From Vicugna vicugna (taxonomy: Eukaryota): DNA of 64,000 nt. Both the position numbers and the translations under genes were made by a program. Location of the stretch: contig MU058463.1 in assembly GCA_013265495.1 (NCBI GenBank), positions 620,001-684,000 on the forward strand. The letters run 5' to 3'. Of the stretch, positions 55,834 to 64,000 are shown one piece after another; position 1 is the first letter of the stretch, and each line of letters begins with the position of its first letter. The notes under the pieces were generated by a model, which did not search any database, had not been told where the DNA came from, and saw only the letters and a program-made list of their open reading frames with translations.

Positions 55834-58800
55834 CTTACCACCAAACCCATCAATTTCTAATATTTAAAGTAAAAAGAAAATAAATGTAACAAATGGAATA
55901 CTGCTAATATTTTTAGAGGGTACGTTGGCAAATTTCTGTAGAATAGCTTTGGAAAATTGTTTTTAGTTATCCTTAAAATTTTTTAAATAAAATATTTTAA
56001 TTACCTCATTTTGAAAAACTCTAGTGGACACAGATCTTAAAGTTCAGTCACACACAACTTGAGATGATCTCCACAGAGCGTGTGGTTCACGTTCCATATG
56101 AAGAGATGGACATTGTCTTACTAAAATTTCTTGACTAATAGCAGTTCATAGTTAGAGTGTGCACTCAGCGTAACCAATCAGTCCCTACTTCCCCTTCCCG
56201 TTCCTTCCTATGTGGACCTATCTTGTAGTTGTGAAAATATCCACATCCACAAACAATGAATCTGAAAGTTGGTAGTGTTTTCCAGTGTTACATTTAGCAG
56301 TGGATGACATTTTAATTAGTTCTTCCCTAGGAATATGTCCAAGTGAATTGTCTATGCCTGTTTATAGGTGTGTGTATGTATGTGTAACTTTTTTGGCTTT
56401 TTTTCTTCCAACAATTCCAAATAGCAATTTGTTGTTTGAAAGAAGTGGGGAGTAGGCTGGAAGTTCATTTATATTAGATTGTAGTAAGCCCAGGTTTAAT
56501 ATATTACTGATTCAATGCAGTTATAACCAGTTATCCCTATTCAGCTGAACTCTACACGTATATTTACCACCAACATTGTGTCAGATGATTGGTTTTCAAA
56601 TTGTGTTTCTTGGTGACTGGCAAAACTGACAAATTGTTAATGTTATGGTTCTCTCATTTCTGCATCAACCACAATACTACTTTTATCTACTTCATATGTA
56701 TAAGGGAGTTTTTTAAAAAGTGTCTAAGCATTTACAATAAGACATGAGAATTATTTTTATTTTATTCTAAAATGGTTTCTATAAAATTTGCCATTATGGA
56801 AAGAGCTTATGGAAGCATTGTAGACAGACATACAGTAAGGAAATGCTGACCACAATTGTCCAGGTATTTGTTGCCAAGTGTATTATAATTTTGGTGAAAT
56901 CATTTTAATATTCTCAAAGTCCTGTTATGTTCTATGGACTGTGATTCTACAGTTTTCATATTTACAATGGGTAACTTTCAAAGTTTTATTCATGTTCTCC
57001 CATTTAGAATATACATTCAGATATTGTGATGGCTGAGTACATGCAAATCTTTGTTTCTCTGTATAAAGAAAGAGTATGTACTGGTAGATGTTTCAACTGA
57101 AAATTAATATGCTAAATTATTTTCAAAGATAGTCACACTGCAAATTAATGAAATAATGTATGAATGTGAAAAACAATTTGTGTTTTCCAAAATAAAATTC
57201 CCAAGAGTTTTTTTCAGAATTATTTTGGATTAAAGACAAGAATAGGTGTCTCCACAGTTTTCAGCAGTCACTTCCATTGGAGCTGTAAGTTTCAAAAAAT
57301 AACTGATGTCAATTCAATAGCTTTACCTCTTTAACTTTGGCCATAGATTGTTTTGAGAAATATTTAAGTTTTGCATATTTCTTTATTCATAGAAATGTAT
57401 CATTTATTCAGAAATGAGAAATTATGGCTCTCTTATTTGGCATTATTTTAAATATAATATTTAATGTCTCATAGCATCCTATACTGGTGTAAAATGCCTT
57501 GTTTGGAAGTCCTAATAATTTTTTTATGTGAAAATTTGTTGTGGCAAAATCTTGGGTTTGAGTCTCATCTCTGACTTGAATTAATATCCATATGTAACAT
57601 CATTAGGTCACTAAACCTGCTGAGCCTGTTTTTTGATAAGATAAAAATGTTTTGTTGTTTTTATTTCACTTGATTATTGTGAGGATCAAATAATGCCAAT
57701 ACAAATGACAACTGTTTTCCTTCCTTGAAATCCCGATCAGTATAAATATTCCTAGTATGTCCTATTATTTCAACTAGGAACTCAGATACACACATATAAA
57801 CATTCCTTTGAATTACAATTACTTTCAAAAGGCCGTGCTAGTTACAAGCATCACATAGATAATTGGAAACTGGTGGTTGCAGCCAAATATGGTTCCCTTT
57901 AAAAAGTGGCACTGGCTCTTTTTTCCCTCCTTATGGTGACAGTCCCATGGTGTCTGTTTCTATGTTTGGAGGTGGGGAGGGGAGCGAGGGGAAAACAAGG
58001 GACGATTTATCTTAAATGTACTCAACACATAAAATTTTATATTTGATCACCCAGTTATTTTGCATATATTTTACACTCACACCCAGTGTTCAATGAATGT
58101 TCCTAGTCCTAGAGTTGCTGATTTTTGGAGAGCATTTCCATTGCATCTACATATTTGAAACTTTATACCACCATGATAGAGGCACTGGCATTAAACTTAG
58201 TCCTCCATCTCAGAACTTCCTTTCACTTGAGTTAATTATTCTTAGGAATTCATTGGCATGTGTCCTATACTCAAATCTCTGTTGAGATTATCTCAAATAC
58301 CAGATATTTTCATAATCTCAAACTTTATTAAAAAGAGAAGTTAGCTAAATATTTTCCCTCTTAGGGGTTTGCTTTTATAGGATACACATCTGTCAGTCCA
58401 TCTCCTGCAACGCAAAAATCTACCTGCCAAGTGATGAAGGAAGGAATGGGGTAAAATTTATGTGGAGAAACATCCCTGGTGCATGTGTTTTTAAAAAGAA
58501 TTTAAATAAGTTGTCAGTTACCTATCTTTTTCTCTTTGCTTTATTTGGAAATTTAAAGCAACAAAATTATGGATTCTGTTTATATTCTGACTTTTTCCCA
58601 AAAGTCATATAAGTTAGAAAATAATAAGATTTTAAAAACTAGATTAGATATATGGTGCATAAAAGAGAACTAGGAAAGCCAGAGGTAGTGTTAATATGCA
58701 AACACAACAGTCATAAAACATTCCACACATTTGCTAAAAATGGACCACAAATTTGATTGTAAAATTCCTGAATGTCAAAGGCAAGATCCATTCAAAGAGT

Positions 58801-60278
58801 TAGAATGTCCCTGTGGGCTAACAACAAACAGTTCCTCAAGAGTAGAACAGCTCTCCTGATACTAAGTCTGAAATAAATGTCTCCTTTGGGCCCCATAATG
58901 GAAGGATCTTAGAAGTGTTAGAGATATTAGTGTTCAGCCAGTCCAAGAGCCTATTCCATTCCTGTATTCTTTCTGGTCTAGCCTTCCTAAAAGACCATAT
59001 GTCTATTTGAATGAGTTCATTGGCAAAAAAGCTCAGCACTAATAAGGCATTTCATTATTCAGCAGACAATTTCTAGTTTTTAAAAATGTATTTCTTTTGT
59101 TTAGCCCTCGTTCTATGCATAATTCTTTCGTCATAATTTTAATTCTCTCGAGCAAAGTAGATCAAGAGTACTCCATATTCTGCTTTTAAATAATTTAAGA
59201 ATAGCTGCCATTATTCCCTTATTCTTGCACACATTCATTAAAAAATGTGCATTGTGTTTCTAAAATTTACTGTGCAAAAAGTTTGGTGGATATAACTGTG
59301 AACAGTGAAAATTACTGCTCTTACTTCCGCTGGGTTTACCAAAAGAATTTTTTGTTTTTACATATGTCTGTTTATTTCACAGTTTCCTCCTTGGATTGAA
59401 TATCATAAGTTCACCTTTTTGTCCTTTACTGCCATGCTCTTTGACCTGGTAGCCTGACTTGAATGGAATATGTCAATGGGTCCTTTGCCTTTGGGATTCT
59501 AGATGGGTGGGATACAGACAGTGGTGAAGAAGAGGAGGAGAGGATTGTGGTCAGTTATTTATTCCTTTGGTCAACACCCTGTGAAGACACCATCAGTTAG
59601 CTTTATCTATCAACCAAAGGTGACAGCTTCTATAAATCAACTCTGTTTCCAGTATTCATAATCTCTTCGTTTGTTCCTCTGTTTGCCTGTGGTCCCCACT
59701 CTTCCTAGTTCAGTGATACTCAGCTTTCCCTTATGGAACTTATACCCTGATATTTTTTTAATCTATGTAACTCTTCTAAAAATTACTCATCTATTTTGTT
59801 TATTTCTTTCTAGGAATGTGATAGGCACAGTTTATAGTACCAGAAATAATGTCTACCATATAGTAAAGACATCTAGTAGATGCTAACTAAATAATTAAAA
59901 AAAAACAAACCTGAAGCTTGAGATTGCAGATTTCACCATATTCTTTTCCTTCTCTTCCTTCTTCTCCTCCTCTTTCTCCTCCCTCTCTCTCTCTTATTAT
60001 TACATAAAGAATCTTTGTGATTCTTAATTAAAATCCACATACTTGTAATTTATGAATTAATACAACTTTCAATAGGCAACTTTCTATGTACTTTATTTAA
60101 CAAATCTAATTTCTTATCAACATTAATATAGAAAAAAGTTTGAACAGTTCAAAATTAAATTAATAGAAACATTCATGTAGTCATAATATAATCATCTGTA
60201 AGTCCTAGTACCAGTTTTCCTGGGAATACTTTAATTTGCCAAGGATATGTTGAAAATGTAATGTCTAAAGCTGTATTT

Positions 60279-60314
60279 TGTGTGTGTGTGTATATATACA
60301 TATATATATGTGTG

Positions 60315-60350
<36 letters not shown>
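60279..60350. repeat. Compound (TG)n/(TA)n microsatellite
   Basis: Directly visible. Confidence 0.9.
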
Positions 60351-63300
60351 CTGAAATCACAGTAGTAATTTTTTCATTCTCTTCAAATGAATATATTTTG
60401 TAATTAATTATCTAATACACTTATTTTGATTTACTAAAAATAAATATAGCCAAACATGGTAACAAAAGAACATTAGAACACAGAACAATGATAATACCTT
60501 CTGAATGATTTCAACTTTCTTTTCACTCACTGGAAATAGGAGAAATTACTGATGAGATACTTCAGTTTTTATCTCCAAATATTCAAATTATGTTTATTTG
60601 CCCAGTCTTAACAAGTAAAGTGGTGATTGCAGTAAATATCCAGCAAGTCACTTTTATGAGAGTATAATAGAGTATGTTTGATAAAGACACACTTGATTTC
60701 TTTTGGTAAGTGAAATTATATTTCTAATACACATTTGATGGAGTTTCTAATAACACATTTAACAGAAAGACTTCCATGTCCTGTATGAATAGATACATGC
60801 TCACATTGCACACTATATGTTTAGTGCATAGACTAGAGTTTGGAACATACTAAGTGTTCAATAGATGTTTTTTTACTGATTGACTATTGAAGTGTACATT
60901 TGTTAAATGATTCTCATGTAGTATAAAGGTTATTAAAAACACAGACTGCTCCTTGAAGTAAATGGAGACTTCCCCTATTTTTCTCCCTGCCGTCCTATTA
61001 ATTTGGAAAGTACAACATATGGAAAAAGGAATTAATATTATGTGCACTTTTGAGTAAGTTGTAAGAATGCAAAACAAAATTATACTGAGAAATTGGTATC
61101 TTATTTGAAAGAAAAAAAAATAGAAGAGAATACCAGTCTGTCTTCTCTAATCAAGTCAGAGGTAAATTGGGAATCAGGGATGTAAAATTATGAAAAAATT
61201 GGAAATTTTTACCAAATTTTAAAACCTCTAACTGTGGTTATCCTCTGTTTTCCCATAGAAAACCCAAAACCTGGGAACATTTTTTTTTATCATTTAGTTC
61301 ACAGCAGAGATGAATAACTGGACAAGCAAGGGTCCCCTCTGCAATATCTTAAGTTGACCTCATCACCAAGTAATAGAGGAAGGTGTAACATTGTTCATAT
61401 AAAGTAAAGTGAGCCTAGACTTTAGAGGATGGGAAATGGAAGGATCACTGGGAGATAGAATCACAGTCCTAATGGCTTCTGAAGTCCTGATCAAATATGC
61501 TCAGAAGCCATAACTTATTGCACTTTATGTGATTTTTTTTCAAACATGTTGCCCACTGTGTCTTTGCTTTTTAAATCCAGTTGGGTGTAAGTTTTCCATT
61601 ATCTTTAACAGAAAGCATCATACTTCATATTTATGGTCACTTTATTATATTTTTTAATAAAAGAAAACTTAGAACGTTTTTGAAACTGTTATGTTCACAT
61701 GATCACTTCCAGCCCCTGAGGTTAATTCTACCTAAACACCATAGCTTCTATAAAAGGGGAATGGCTTGTGTTAAGGATAAGTGGATCATTCTTTGATAAA
61801 TCAACATCCATATCTCTACTCCATCTCATACATCCATTTGTGCTATCATTCTCACCTAAATAAAACCTATTTATCCCCTCCCAAGAGAAAACAGCCAACA
61901 TTCCTCCTGGAGAATATGAAACTATTCTTCCAGTTCCTGATACGTCACTTTATGGTGCTTCTGTGACTAAGTAATGTATTCTGAATATATAAAGAATGTA
62001 ATAATATATAGGAGGAGGAATAACTGCAATAAAAATTACCATTTGGAGATGGGTAGAACAGAAAAATATACATCTCACTGTGGGAACAGTAAAGAGTAAC
62101 CATCTATGTAGTGATATGAGCTGCTTGATTAGCCAAACTATATGTCCTTAGAGATACCCTATCTGAAGTTCCCTTATGTGAAGTGTCCTCCATGACCTTC
62201 TTTTAGTCGTTTAAAAATACAGTACTTATGGTCACATTTACAAGGTCATTTTGTAGATCTGTATAACTTTATCAGCCAAATCTATGTTGACAGTAAGTCA
62301 TATGTTTTAGTAATTATTGCTTTCTTGAAATTCTTTTGCTAATATGACCAGAATCTGACAGCAGAATCTTTAGATTAAAAGTAGGCATAGATTTTTATCC
62401 TTTTGTATTTAGAATTGGTCTTGGTGCTTCAGTCATTTCTGTATCACTGAGCTAAACAGCTTCATATTTTGTTGAAATTTAACTTTCTTAGAGTGTGGGG
62501 ACAGAGTTATTATATAGTTTATTATTTCCCTTAAGAAGTATATTTTTTCGGTGGAGAATTTTTAATCTGTGTTGCTTATGAGAGCCTTGGTATGTCAGGA
62601 TCTTCCTGAATCTAATCTGCTAAAATTCTCACTTTGATGTCTCAGCTAGCACCAACTTCACATTCCATAATGCTTTCCTTCATCTGGATGAGCCTGGTAT
62701 GGCCTCGCTCCATATACCAGTTAAAAAAGTGTGTTAGATTCTAATAGTACATGAGTGTTTGACTTTATTTAGATACTTCTTGAAAAACCAGTCATGCTCT
62801 AAAACTCACCCCCATAAATCAATATGTAATATAAGTTGCAAGAAAATCTGTGACAGAAGAAGTTATTTTGAGATCCATGATATCTTAAAATCATACTAGT
62901 TTTAAAAAATCTATTATGCTACCTCATAAGCTCAACCTTGTCATATGGAAAACTACTTTTGAAGTGGGTGAAAATATGTTCTCCAACTTTGGATAGGGCT
63001 AAAAGTTTAAGAAAATAAAGCCAGTTATTTTATGAACAGCTATTTTAGGACATAGATGTGGCTTTGGGATGAGAGGTGCATGAGTATAGAGGAGGTAAGT
63101 TCACTCAGAGAAGTCTTTTCCGTAGGTATTTTGATGGAGGTGCTGCTCCTTCACTGGAGAGGCTGCTTCACTGTAAGATTAAAGCCACAGTGGATCTTGA
63201 CTTTGTTTTTATGAAGTAAGCCAATGTATTGAGACTAATACACCCTGTAGTGAGACACTAAATATGTTTTAAAAGTCACAATCATAGTGGTTAGTTAGTC

Positions 63301-64000
63301 CCATTTTTATTATCAAGTTTATCTGCTGTTTCCTCTTTCACTTGCTCTTACTATGAGAGAGTAGAACAAGTCCTTTATTAGTCAGACACCCTCAAATTTG
63401 CCTATTAAATGCAATCTGATCATGGAGGGTTATAATAAGCAAAACAGCCTATCCAGAGAAACTTTCATAACTTCTTTCCCAGCTATAACTTACCTTCAAG
63501 TACAAATGACTTAATTTGTTTTTGTCCTGTGGGATGCAAGATAAATTATAAGATTGTCTTTCTTTTCACATTTTTTTTCTTTTGAGGGACCAGGTTTTTA
63601 TGGTAATATTTGGGAAGAAAAAAATTGAGGCCTTTTGTAGAAAAGATAATAATCCTTACAAGTAGAAAAATAATAGCCTATAATAGAAGTAGCTGATGTA
63701 GTCTTTGGTGTGGCTTTGAAACCTATTCCAAGTTGTACATTCAGGGGGGATTCTCAGAGCCATGTCACAGTGTTTTCTCATAAAGATGCTGCTCTTTCTC
63801 CTCCAGTCAGAAAGCATCTGGATAATATCCACACCAAATACTAAATAAGAAACATTGCAAAATATAAAATAAATTTTAAAAAAGGAAAGAAAACGTTGAA
63901 CCTTAGGTACTGAGCAAATGCCAGGTCTTGCAAACATAATGCTAGTCCTAGATTATTGATTTAAAAACAACAAAAAAACTACAAAACAGTAAAACATAAA

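Larger units (their letters stand above)
53972..55848 (-). pseudogene. GLYR1: GLYR1 (NPAC/NP60) processed pseudogene: short 5'UTR, spliced codons 1-269, intron-like 3' extension and terminal SINE/A-tail
   Basis: ORFs 55591-55833 and 55024-55587 are one intronless frame matching GLYR1 ([35 protein letters not shown]...[32 protein letters not shown]...ITPTDKK). It is interrupted by TAA at 55591-55593. T-tract at 53971-53979. Flanking direct repeat atcgatttct (53962-53971) / atcaatttct (55849-55858). Confidence 0.95.

Noticed and set aside
63656..63937. Minus-strand ORF with AG acceptor-like and GTAAG donor-like sites
   Set aside because: No recognisable protein in the frames checked, and such splice motifs are common by chance.

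Overview
AT-rich, CpG-poor mammalian non-coding DNA (intergenic or deep intronic). It is probably camelid, judged from a Vic-1-like tRNA-derived SINE and the L1 3' ends. I find no intact host gene exon. Most of the window is decayed interspersed repeats (L1, L2, MIR, MaLR/ERV LTRs, Tigger1, MER5A, MER20) and microsatellites. The only protein-derived segment is a minus-strand GLYR1 (NPAC/NP60) processed pseudogene at 53972-55848. It does not look like a copy of the canonical mRNA. Spliced coding sequence stops at TDKK and runs through an apparent splice donor (AA|GTAGGA, which creates a TAG stop). It then continues through about 0.9 kb of intron-like DNA containing a MER5A and ends in a sense-oriented SINE with AATAAA and an A-tail. 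One 10-bp target-site duplication (TSD) brackets the whole unit. It is best explained as a fossil of a SINE-terminated, intron-ending GLYR1 transcript encoding PWWP + AT-hook + LSD2-binding linker without the dehydrogenase-like domain. Also notable are a 130-bp tandem duplication whose second copy carries a TSD-flanked solo poly(A) insertion, and a well-preserved solo LTR pointing antisense at the retrocopy. Repeat family names are from recall of consensus sequences, and their boundaries are approximate unless termini or TSDs are quoted.
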